DNA of 64,000 nucleotides from Hydrolagus colliei (lineage: Eukaryota), in the NCBI GenBank assembly GCA_035084275.1, contig CM068771.1, positions 4,216,001-4,280,000 on the forward strand. The letters run 5' to 3'. Positions within the stretch are counted from its first letter, which is position 1, and each line of letters begins with the position of its first letter. The notes beneath the pieces are model-generated. The model saw only the letters and a program-made list of their open reading frames with translations, was not told the DNA's origin and searched no databases. Both the position numbers and the translations under genes were made by a program. Positions 1 through 11,900 of this stretch are shown one piece after another.

Positions 1-419
1 GTTCATTTCCGTCCGCCGGGAAATGTCCGGGAAGTGTCTGGTTCCTTCCCGAAGCGGTCGATGTCCCGCCCCCTTTCCCCCCCTCCCGCTGGCTGCTGAT
101 TGGCCGCCCCCAGGGAGCTTCAGCGAGTGGCTTACTGGAACAGACCAGGTTTGAGGCAGGAGGAAACACACACACACTTTATCTGCCGTGTTAGTATTAG
201 TGCCCAGTCCCTCTTCACAAGTACCACTTTACCCTCTTTTCCCCCTTTCTCCCCCGGCCCCGATTTGGCTGCCGCGTTTCGCCCACAAACGTACAGTCAA
301 TTCTCCTACCCTCCTTCATCCCACCCCGACCCCTCCCCATCACCCCTGCTCTTGTCCCTACCTGTCTGTACAGCTCCTCGGGACGTCCCCTCGACGCGAA
401 AGGCGATATATAAACGTAC

Positions 420-640
420 GTTTTGATTGATTTAGTGGATGAAACGTGGCAGCCATTTGCACACGGCAGTGTCCCACAAACAGCCGTTGATTGGGTGACC
501 CACAATCGAGTAACACGGGCATTCCTACTTACCACTAGTTAAACAGAGGCATGCGAAGGTACTTCCCTGCCCAGGAATCGACTCTGGGTCCTCTCGCTCG
601 AGAGGCGAGAGAGCTAACCACTGAACTGCAAGACTCCACA
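420..640 (-). mobile_element. tRNA-derived SINE (paralogs ~23135-23352, ~51815-52032)
   Basis: Minus-strand head GGAGTCTTGCAGTTCAGTGGTTAG...GAGTCGATTCC with A/B boxes. Confidence 0.6.
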
Positions 641-774
641 AACTCAACGGTGCTCGATTGCCTTTGCAATCTGCACACCAACTGATTCACTGGGACTATT
701 TAAGCTGTTGTTGGCTGAATGAGAATATTGGTCATGTATTGCAGAATGCACAGCTTTGAATATACATCTTGAAA

Positions 775-1135
775 TACAATAATAATAATAATAATCCTTG
801 CATTTGACGCAGCGCTTTTCACACTTCATCGTCTTAGAGATTTTTCAAAGCGCTTCACGGAATATACTGTGAAGTGAAGCGACTGTATATATTTGTGGGC
901 GAAACGCAGCAGCCAATTGCGCACAGCAGCGTCCCCCACACACAGTCGTGGATTGAAATGACAAATTTCTTTATTGTGTTTATTTGGAGGGATTATTATT
1001 GTGTGTGTGTGTGTGTCTGTGTGTATGTGTGGAGTAAGGAAACTTGCCCAAGGTTTCGCCCTGACCTGCCTGGATTTGAACACAGGTCTCACGCTCGTGA
1101 AGGCGAGTGCTCTAACCACTGAGCTACAGGAGCTA
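775..1135 (-). mobile_element. tRNA-derived SINE with L2-like tail and (TTA)n end (paralogs ~23488-23848, ~52168-52528)
   Basis: Head gtagctcagtggttagagcactcgcc...gtgttcaaatcc; tail gtgaaaagcgctgcgtcaaatgcaaggattattatt. Confidence 0.7.
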
Positions 1136-2564
1136 CAGAATATAATATATTATGTTATAACGAGGGCTGGTTTAAAGCAAAATCTCAGAAGTATCCAATA
1201 CCAATGCCATTTTAGAAACTAAATTTAAAAATTTTGTTTAATTAAATTTAAAATATCTCCCCGAGAGCCAACCCCCTCCCGCCCGATCTAAGCCTGCTCT
1301 TCCCTTGTGGAGAGGTGCAGCCATGTGGTCGGTGACTGAGAGTGAAACTCGTCTCTTCGCTTCTCACACGATTGCAAACAGTGGCTCCAACGCGCCCCTC
1401 ACTGGCCAGCCTTAACACACAGCTTCCAATTGTGTGTGTGTGTGCACAGTCAGTATGTGTGTGTGCGTGTGTGTGTGTGTGTATGTAAAGTCTATGTGTA
1501 TGTATCTGTGTGTATGCAGACTGTGTGTTTGTAGTCTGTGTGTACAGTATGTGTGTGGGCGTATATACATTCTGTGTGTGTACAGTATATTGACTACAAA
1601 CACTGACTACACACATACACTACAGTGTGTGAAGTATACAGTAGTTTACGGTGTGTGAGTGTATGTACGATCAGTGGATATACACAGTCACTGTGGGTCT
1701 AAATAAATGCAAACTAAGAATAAGAATAATCCTCGCATTTGGTACAGCACCTCATTAGGTCTTTGAGACGTCTCAAAGCCAGAGTACACTGTAACAGACT
1801 GTACATTTTGTGGGCAAAATGCTGTAGCCAACTGCGCACAGCAGCGTCCCCCCAAAAGGTAGTGGATCGAGGGACCAAATTCTTATAGTTTTTTATTTTT
1901 TAAGGGATTATTACTCCCGAAAATGGCAACTCGCCAATCGACAGGTTTCTACTTGCTGCTAGGCATATAGAGGCCCCATCCTACTTAACCAATCTACTCT
2001 CCCCCTACACGCCCACCCGGACCCTCCGTTCAACAGGACTTGTCCTGCTCCAAGCCCCCCGCCCGAACCGCCCCACCATCGGAGGCCGGGCCTTCAGTTT
2101 CTCCGCTCCCACCCTATGGAATGCCATCCCTCAATCCCTCCGTTTCGTCTCTTCCCTTTCCTCTTTCAAGGCCGGTTTGAAGACTTTCCTCTTCGATCGT
2201 GCCTTTTGTTCCACCCCGAACTCTTTTACCTCCCCTTCGTGTTTCACCCCTTCCCAAACACTCCCCTCCCAGCTCGGGTCACACGCCTCCTGTTCAGCGC
2301 CTTGGGACGTCCTCCCGACGTGAAAGGCGCTCTATAAATGTAAATATAAAATTGTTGTTGTTGTTGAGTGAGGAAACTTGCCTCACTTTTCGCCCTGTGT
2401 GTGTACAGTCAGCGTATGACTGCCCCTGACTGTTTCTCTCTCTCGTGTCTTCTCCCCACAGCTGCCTCACTCCCTGCGCAGCCTCGACGAAGTCACATAC
2501 GCAGAGATCAACTGGACCCCGATGAGGAGACCCAGCCCACAGCCCAGGGCTCTGTGTGCACACA

Positions 2565-3681
2565 CTGACTACATACACACTGAGTACAGCAGCATCNNNN
2601 NNNNNNNNNNNNNNNNNNNNNNNNNNNNNNNNNNNNNNNNNNNNNNNNNNNNNNNNNNNNNNNNNNNNNNNNNNNNNNNNNNNNNNNNNNNNNNNNNNNN
2701 NNNNNNNNNNNNNNNNNNNNNNNNNNNNNNNNNNNNNNNNNNNNNNNNNNNNNNNNNNNNNNNNNNNNNNNNNNNNNNNNNNNNNNNNNNNNNNNNNNNN
2801 NNNNNNNNNNNNNNNNNNNNNNNNNNNNNNNNNNNNNNNNNNNNGAGTACAGCAGCATCCGAACTGACACACTGACACACACACTGACACACACACACAC
2901 TGACACACACACACACTGACCACATACACACTGACACACACACACACTGACCACATACACACTGAGTACAGCAGCATCCGAACTGACACACTGACACACA
3001 CACTGACACACACACACACTGACACACACACACACTGACCACATACACACTGACACACACACACACTGACCACATACACACTGAGTACAGCAGCATCCNN
3101 NNNNNNNNNNNNNNNNNNNNNNNNNNNNNNNNNNNNNNNNNNNNNNNNNNNNNNNNNNNNNNNNNNNNNNNNNNNNNNNNNNNNNNNNNNNNNNNNNNNN
3201 NNNNNNNNNNNNNNNNNNNNNNNNNNNNNNNNNNNNNNNNNNNNNNNNNNNNNNNNNNNNNNNNNNNNNNNNNNNNNNNNNNNNNNNNNNNNNNNNNNNN
3301 NNNNNNNNNNNNNNNNNNNNNNNNNNNNNNNNNNNNNNNNNNNNNNNNNNNNNNNNNNNNNNNNNNNNNNNNNNNNNNNNNNNNNNNNNNNNNNNNNNNN
3401 NNNNNNNNNNNNNNNNNNNNNNNACAATCTAAGTACACCAGCATCCGAGGTTGCAAAAACACACACACACATTCACTGAGTACACGAGCATCTGAACTGA
3501 CACACATGTGGAACACACACATTAGCATTCANNNNNNNNNNNNNNNNNNNNNNNNNNNNNNNNNNNNNNNNNNNNNNNNNNNNNNNNNNNNNNNNNNNNN
3601 NNNNNNNNNNNNNNNNNNNNNNNNNNNNNNNNNNNNNNNNNNNNNNNNNNNNNNNNNNNNNNNNNNNNNNNNNNNNNNNNN
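2565..3681. repeat. CA-rich composite simple repeat with N gaps (paralogs 25265-26873, 56255-56922)
   Basis: (CACTGACACA..)n arrays interrupted by N runs. Confidence 0.9.
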
Positions 3682-3759
3682 AATTTAATGTAATTTAATT
3701 AACAGTAATTTAAAAAATGAAAAATAAAATTTTAATTAAAAAAACTTTTGGTGCAATGT

Positions 3760-4092
3760 ATGAGCTCCTGTGGCTCAGTGATTAGAGCACTTGTCTTGCA
3801 AGGCTGGGGAGACCTGTGTTCGAATCCAGGCAGGTCAGGGCAAAACGTCAGGCAAGTTTCCTTACGCCACACGCCTAATAATAATCCCTGCAACAAAAAA
3901 AACACAACAATAAAGTTGGTCATTTCAATCCACGACTGTGTGTGTGGGGGACGCCGCTGTGCGCAATTGGCTGCCGCGTTTCACCCACAAATATATACAG
4001 TCACTTCACTTTACAGTGTAGTCTGTGAAGCGCTTTGGGACGTCGATAAGATGTGAAAAGCGCCGTATCAAATGCAAGGATTATTATTATAT
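3760..4092 (+). mobile_element. tRNA-derived SINE of the same family (paralog ~26959-27290; split by insertions in unit C)
   Basis: gagctcctgtggctcagtgattagagcac...gtgttcgaatcc head; aaatgcaaggattattatt tail. Confidence 0.7.
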
Positions 4093-4434
4093 ATATATGA
4101 CCGAGTGAGACACCATTGTCCACGCAATTTAATAAATAATAATCCCTGTTTGACACACATACCTTCTCGTGTCTGGGGGACGTCTCAAAGCGCTTCACAG
4201 GATTCATCCCCCCTACCTCGTCTCTCCTCACAGCAGTACTGCTGCTTCCGCTCTACTGGGTCTGGCCTCCTCCTTGTCCCCCCGAATCCTATGCTCTACC
4301 ATCGGCAGCCGTGCTTTCCACCACTGTGCCCTGAAACTTTGGAGGTTGGAACTCCCTCCCTCAACCCCTTCACCTCAAACCCTCCTTTCCACCATCTTCA
4401 GGTGGCACCTGAGACCTTTCTCATTGACTTGAGC

Positions 4435-5055
4435 CATACGGACATGGAGGTGCAGAGGGACTGAACGTCCAGTGTGAAAAGGAGACGTTCAGGACCGTGC
4501 AACTGGAAATTGTCGAAATGTCGGAGGGCGTCCGACGAGTCATGGATATAGTTGGGTAGGGATTGGACGAGGGGAGCAAAAATGTAGTCTAAATATGATG
4601 AAATGAATTCAGTGGGACAGGAGCAGGCTGAGACAACGGGTCTGCCAGGACAGTCCTGTTTAGGAATCTTGGGGAGAAAGTGTAGGCGGGCTGTGCGGGG
4701 TTGGGTGACTATGAGGTTGGACGCAGTAGGAGGAAGGTCACCAGCGGAGATGAGGTTATTAACTACCTCAGTGACGGAGGCTTGGTGTTGAGCTGTGGGG
4801 TCATGGTTGAGTGGAAGGTAGGCGGAGTTGTCGGAGAGCTGGCGTTTGGCCTCTGCCAGATACGGCTCCTTACGCCAGACAACGACAGCAGCACCCTGGT
4901 CAGCTGGTTTGATGATGAAATCAGGGTTGGCCCTGAGGGAGTGGAGTGCAGTGCGTTCAGAGGGAGAGAGGCTGTTGTTTGCTGTTGGACTGAAGGTGAG
5001 GCTCTGACCAGACTCAGACAACAATATGTGAGGAGCTACCGTCAACACTCGCAGT
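4435..5055 (-). mobile_element. Penelope-like retroelement reverse-transcriptase fragment, unit A
   Basis: IIKPADQGAAVVVW, LHFLPKIPK...PGRPVVSACSCPTE and LFTLDVQSLCTS are PLE RT motifs. Confidence 0.85.
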
Positions 5056-5348
5056 GAACATCACAGGACTGTTGCCCACTCTATGATGTAGGGAATATTT
5101 GAACTGTTTGTGTGTGTTTTCATGTGATTCCCACAAACCAGGAAATCAGCAGGAAACCAAAACCAGAAATAGTCTCTGAACATTGCCATCTTGGGACACA
5201 AGTTCAATTCACTTCTAACAGTGAAGATTCTTCTCTTTCAGGACAAACCCAAACAGGTCAGTGTCAGAAATTGTTTCCTGAAATAAAATTAGACAGTGAT
5301 ATAAAAACAATCATACTTTTACATTATATCGCAGTTACAGGATTGACT

Positions 5349-5360
5349 GGTTTCACTTTC
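5349..5360. promoter_or_regulatory. IRF-binding element / ISRE GGTTTCACTTTC upstream of BTN (also 28547-28558 and 61627-61638)
   Basis: Reverse complement GAAAGTGAAACC matches the IRF1/2 consensus; identical in all three units. Confidence 0.65.
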
Positions 5361-5866
5361 GCACCCTGTGATGTTGAGTTTAACTGTGAAATAAATGTTC
5401 TCCATTGTCAGGTTTGTGTAAATAGTAAAGCGGGAGCGGCTGCTGTGAGTTTATTCCCAGTTTGTTGTTTAAACGCTGAGAATTGGAGGCCAGTGAGGAG
5501 TGAGGGGAATGGGAGCCTCGTCTCTGACCTGCACCTTGTTGGGGGTGAATAAGGAGCAGCTCTGAGGAGAGGGAGGGGAGGAGCACATAGAGCAGTCACA
5601 CACAACATGTTTCTTCCCCAAAACTACCTCATGGAGACCCCCCAGTGTGGGGCTGGGGGGGGCCTCACTGTCACAGTTAAACTTCCCAAATCATTATTCC
5701 GACAGAGATGGCAGTTTGTTCTGCTGTGTGTGTGTAAATGTTGTAAGATCGCAGAATTATTCATTAGGTTTTTTATTTTGACCAATTATGTACAAACACA
5801 AATCTCTGTAATTATCTGATTTGCTGTTGCAACCAGATGTGATCTCAATGTGAAGGCCCGAAGAAG

Positions 5867-5924
5867 ATGATCTGGAAACGCTGTATTCAGGTCCTGTGGC
5901 TTGTGCTCCCCCTCTCTCTGGCTG
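5867..5924 (+). CDS. BTN-A signal-peptide exon ([20 protein letters not shown])
   Basis: Hydrophobic leader ending GCT G|gtaagg; upstream acceptor caaccag at 5836; conserved in copies B and C. Confidence 0.8.
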
Positions 5925-8900
5925 GTAAGGAAACACGTTGAATCTGTTTGGTTTCTGCTGATGGTAAAGGGAGGACCTCTCCATTCTGGTTCGTGTCCAT
6001 AGGAAAGTGTAAAAGTTCCAAATGACATTTGTGTCTATTTGCGGCCAGGGCTCACTATGTCTCCTCATCCTTCTTGATCTTCCCACGGCCACTAACATGG
6101 TTGACCACTTTATCCTTCTCCACTCCCTTTCCTCTCAGCTCCACGTTCGTGGCTCTGTCCTTTCCTGGTTCTGTTCTTACCTTTCCCATCGTCTCCACTT
6201 TGTTTCCACCAATGACTTCTCCTGTATCCCACGCTCCATCACATGTGATGATATCCAGGGTTCTTTACCTGGTCCTACCCTTTTTAATATTTACATTCTC
6301 TCGCTTCCGGATGTGGGTGACAATCAACTCTGTCTCTCTGCCTATACCCCCAACTCCAGGAACAATGCTGTCCTGATAGATTGTCGGTCAGACAAGGCTT
6401 GGATGAGACCCAATTTCCTAACTATAAATGTACAAGACTAAGGCTCTCCATCACCATCCTTTCCTTCCATCAGCATCTCTGCACCCCGGGCACTGACGGC
6501 ATCAATATTCGTGGATGTACTCTCCACCACCAATACATAAGAACTTAAGTATTAGGCGCAGGACTAGGCCATTTGGCCCCTCAAGCCTGCCCCGCCATTC
6601 AATAATACCATGGCTGATCTTCAAATCTAACTCCACCTATGCGCCTCATTTCCATATCCCATAATCCCTTTGTCCAAAGAAATCTATCAATTTCAGTCTT
6701 GAATATGCTAAAGGATTGAACATCTACAGTTTTTTGGGTTAGAAAATTCCATAAATTCACTAGCCTCTGAGTGCAGAAGTTTTCCCTCAACTCATTGTGA
6801 AAAGGCTGACACCTATTCTTAAGACTATAACCCCAACCAGGATCACCAACCAGGGGAAACAGTCTCCCACTGTCTACTCTGTCATGGCCCTTAATAATCT
6901 TATAGGTTTCTTTCATGTCACCTCTCATTCTTCAAATGCAAGGATTATTATTATAGTTCAATTGCGGCTGCCAAAGGGAACTTCTACTTTATGTTAGTAT
7001 GTCACTAACTTTCTGTTGATAGTTATTCTGAGACAATGTGACTGAAAATCCTAACTATTGTCGATTGTTTGTTACTGAACAGAGAGATTCACAGTCAATG
7101 TTCCCAGTCACCCTGCCCTAGCCATTGCTGGTTCAGATGTTGTCCTGGACTGTAAGTGTTCCACAAAGCTGCCATTAGAGGGTGTGGAGGTGAGATGGTT
7201 CAGGGTGAGATTCGACTCCCCTGTGCACTTATTTAAAGAGGGACATCATCAACTGGATATACAGGATGAAGCCTATAGACACAGAACACAACTGTTTGAA
7301 GAGAAGTTTATCAATGGTGATGTGTCTCTCAGACTGGAAGATGTACGGGTGACAGATCATGGAGAGTACACATGTTTCGTCGAGTACGACGGATCGTATG
7401 AACAGGGAGTGATAGAGTTGAAAGTTATAGGTCAGTAATGTTTCCAATTCATTTTATTACATGTAATCTGTGTGTGCAAGAATTCACTCATCTTTAATAA
7501 GTTCAAAGTACAATAATTTCTATGAACAAGAATGTCCGTTTATTCAGAATGTTGTAGATGTGTTTTTGTTAAGTTACTGCACTGTAATGTCCCGGGTAAA
7601 ATATTGTCTGATTCATGTCTCCTGTCTCTTCCAGGCCTTGGCAGTCAGCCTTGGATTCATGTTGATGGACAACACAATGGTGGTGTGATGCTATTGTGTG
7701 AATCCAGTGGATGGTTCCCAGCACCAGAGGTTCTGTGGTTTGATGATCAGGGAAACAAATTATCAACACTCAGTAACTGGACAGTCAAACAGGATTCTAA
7801 AGGTCTCTTCAGTGTTCAAAGCCAAATAGAAATAATCCATTCAACCAACAAGATCAAGTGTCTGATTCATAATTCAGAAAATGAACAAGAAGGAAAACTC
7901 CAAATCTTGGGTTGGTAAACACAGTAAATATTAATGTTGGTCTGAAAAATATGATGTAGATTTATTATAATAATTCTTGCATTTGAAATAACACTTTTCA
8001 CGTTTTCTATGCATCTCAAATTGCTTCACAGAATATACTGTAAAATATATTGGCTGTGTATACATGGGCGAAACGTGGCAGAAAGTTGCGCACAGCAGTG
8101 TCCCTCAAACAGCTGTGTATTAAAATAACCAATTATTATTGTGTCTTTTTGAGGGACTATTATTAGCTGTGCAGAGTAAGGAAACTTGCCCAAAGTTTCA
8201 CCCCACCGGGAATCAAACTCACGTCTCGCGCTTGTCAGGGGAGTGCTCTAATCACTGAGCTACAGGACTCCATAAAGTATTGTACAGGACTTCACTTGAT
8301 GTGTTGTACAACACATGAAGTGAATACATATCGGTCTGGATGATACGGTCTATCTAATTTCATCCTTTCAAAATATGAAACTCGTAAGAATTAGGAGCAG
8401 GAGTAGGCCACTCGGTCGCTCGAGCCTGCCCCACCATTCAATAAGATCATGGCTGATCTATTCTAACTCCATCTACCCGCGTTATCCCCATATCCATTCA
8501 TCATCTCCTTTATCTCTCTATTATCCCTCTCATCATCTTTAATAACAACTATTTACATTTGTAAATTGCCTTTCACATCGAGACAACGTCCCAATGTGGA
8601 AGATGCTATAAAACGTCAAAGATTTGGTCATCAGCTGGGGGATAGGGTCAAGAAGGATGGAAGGCAGGTGGGTGGGAGTAGGTGGGTGACCGAATGTATG
8701 GTCAAAGTGGTGGGTGTTGAAGGTGAGAAGGGACAGCCCGAGGTGGAGGGACTGTGGATGGGGTTCCAAAAATACCTCCGTACTCCAGCCCACCCAACCT
8801 TCCTGTTAATTATTCAAGCTGCTTATTATGTTAGGAATGAATCAATACTGAATGTCAACGTGACTGAAGCTCTCCTGATTAGCTCCAGTCAGCGCCTTCA

Positions 8901-11900
8901 CATCTCAGGTACTGGCAGCATCAACAACAACAACAAATTACATTTATAGAGCGCCTTTCACGTCGGGAGGACGTCCCAAGGCGCTGAATGTACAACCTCC
9001 ATGGTTGTACATTCCATATCAACAAACCAGTCAGGAACCTAGATGTCTTGTTCTATCCTCAACTGTCTTTCCTCCCCCACTTACAAGCCGTGACTCATTC
9101 TGCCTTCAATCACCTCCGCAACATTGCCCAACTCCGCCACTAGGTCACCCCTCAGGCCGCTGAAACTGTATCCAATATGATACCAGGCTTCACTTTGATT
9201 GAAGCCTGTGGTAGCGACTGAGCTATTGTGTGTAATACAGTAACATGGGGGTAAATGTAGGCATTTAGTGTTTGATATCAGAATAGATGTTTGAATGTAT
9301 ATTTACATTTCTTGACAGATGAGTTCTTCCCCAAAGTGCCAGTGGGTTTGGTGGTCTCCTCACTGCTCTTAGGACTTGCCATAATAGTGCTGAGTGTTCT
9401 TGTCGTCTACAGTGTAAAACAGCACCGAGAGATCAAAGGTACGTTTCCGTCAGTAACATCCCTCAACTTAACACTGTGTTACTGTTTGTGTGAGAATATG
9501 CAAGTTCTATAAATCAATTGCTTTCTCCCTTCACTCAGTAACCACCTGGCCTGTTTCATGTCACTGCCCTATTCTTCCCCCCCATCAGCAAGTTAGGCTT
9601 TCAACCTATCTGTCCCCACTCTCTGGAACTCAATCCAACTGTCTTTTCGAATCAGTCTTTCCAAATCACTGCCACATCATCCCATTCTGAAAGATGCTCT
9701 ATAAATGTCATTTTGTTGTTGTTGTTTAATAGGCCCCCTCTCCCCACTCTCACTGACTCACTGGAGACAATAAAACAGCATCTTAGACTACCACAGCTTG
9801 GCTAAATTATTAATTATTGCAGTATTATCTCATCGCTCGCTCCTCTCTCCCTTCTCTCGTTGAACGCTCCACTCCACTCTTCTCTTATCACTCGCTCCAC
9901 TCTCCCTTCTCCGCCTAAGGGTGCATCGCGCGAGGGCGGTGAACTCCCATATGCAGACCAGCCAGCCAGCGCATATACGCACGTTATTCAATAAAGTCAC
10001 GCATTTTTTTCTTCGCGCATGTTTGAGTTCACAATTGAGAAAGATGCGATCGACGAGTGCCTACTGTAACTGAGTTGAGCTTTATTCTGTGTAGTTTATC
10101 GCTTGTTATTGTTGTAAACAGGTAGTTTGACCACTAAATAATACTGTATTCAATATTGGTTTCTAACAGTTTTGCTTTGTATCCTCCAGATCTTGAGAAG
10201 ACAGTTGGTAAGTCATCAAAGTAAAATAACAATCTCATATTATGATTACTCTCACTCACAAGGTTCACACAAATCAGACGTAAGGTGGTGTTACAACACT
10301 TCTGTTTGCCAACAAAAGGCAAAGTTGCTACACTCTCCTGTCAACCTGGGGAAATGCTCATGGGGAGCCAAATCAAATTCAAGGATTATTATTGTGGTAT
10401 AAGGTTAACTTGCAATTCTTTAGCGCTCTCCACGCAGGGTAGCATCTCAAAGCACTTAAGAATGGCGGAGCCTGACTGTGGTCTGGGGGGGAGGTTGGGC
10501 CGTAAGCATGTAGGAAAAGGAATGTTTTAAGGCAGGTCTTAAGGGGAGATGGGGAGAAAGGCAGAGGGATTGAAGGAGAGAATCCATTGTTTCGGGGGTC
10601 GGTCGCTGAATGTATAAAGGTGGAGAGGAGGGAAAGTTCGCTGGGAAGTTGACATGTATATGAGATACATGATAAGAGACTTGAAGGAGTATATGGATAG
10701 GGCAGAACAGCTGCTGTAAGAAAAGATTGCTTTAATAACTCTTGCAAACTAGATATTTCACATCATTAACTGTTCATTTTCTTCGCTTAGACAACAGTGG
10801 CTTGTCAATATACACACATTTCAGGGAGGGGGTGGGGTGGATAGAATGAGCAAGCTTGTCAGTAACACAGGGAGTGAGTCAATGATGGAGGGATGGAGGA
10901 AATGAAAGAAGAAGGTATTGAGAGAGAACAACAACAATATTGCACTTATATAGCGCTTTTCACGTCGGGAGGACGTCCCAAAGCGTCTCCCAAAACAAGG
11001 GAGTGATTTTGGAGCTACATAAGGTTTGATCACTTCTCTCTTGGTTCTAGGGTGGAAGAGGATTTGTAGGTGTGCAGGTAAGAGTCTAACTGCTAAAGGA
11101 ACCTGACTCCCCCCCAACGACCCCGCCACACACTCACATTCCCTCCCCACCCCCCACCCACCCCCCACACACATGGACTCAATCCCACCCACACACATAC
11201 TCCCGATGAGGGTGGTGTGGGGGTATGTGATGGTATCTCACACACCATCACATACCCCCACACCACTCACACACACTCACATCTCTCTCCCACACACACC
11301 ATCAAATCCCCCCGACACACACATCACCTCACACCACACCCCCCACACAACAACAAATATTACATTGATAGAGCGCCTTTCACATTGGGAAGATGTCCCA
11401 AGGCGCTGAACAGTCGGGTCAGGACCCGAGCAAGGGGGAGGGGCAAGGTGGGTGGGGGGAGGGGAGGGAGAGAGTTGGGAGGGCAGCTGAAGGCACTGAC
11501 CAAGAGGAGAGTCTTGAGACTGGCCTTGAAGGAGGTGAAGGGGAAGTGAGGTGAAGGGACTATGGGATGGAGTTTCAGAGTGTGGGGGCAGAGGCTGAAA
11601 GCCCGGCCACCAATGGGAGGGCAGATCAAGCGGAGAACATGGAGCAGCCTGCAGCCTGGGGTGGGCAGGTTGATAGGATGTCAGCCGGTCAGAGAGATAG
11701 GAGGGGGCAAGGTAGTGAAACGTCTTGAAAGTGAGGACAACCCCAAACACCCCCTCCCCACAATGCACATAACCTCACAAGCCTCCAACACAACTCTCCC
11801 TCCTCCCCCCGCCCCCCCCCCCCACACACACACACCCACAAACACCCTGGCATTCCCTCCCAACACACGCCCTCACATCTTCCCTCTGGCCCCCCCACCG

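Noticed and set aside
555-640. tRNA-like sequences with A and B boxes (here and at other SINE heads)
   Set aside because: They continue into SINE bodies with L2-like tails and are degenerate; called SINEs, not tRNA genes.
2294-3688. Long V/C/S-rich and X-filled ORFs (also 25040-26884, 52641-53186, 56039-56938)
   Set aside because: Translations of CA-rich simple repeats and N gaps.
9830-10100. CpG-rich intronic segment with weak inverted symmetry (gtgaactc/gagttcac)
   Set aside because: Symmetry is too short and no termini or TSD could be defined; probably an unidentified old repeat fragment.
10791-10824. Candidate extra BTN mini-exon after ttcgcttag
   Set aside because: No suitable GT donor in phase, and the acceptor is altered in copy B.
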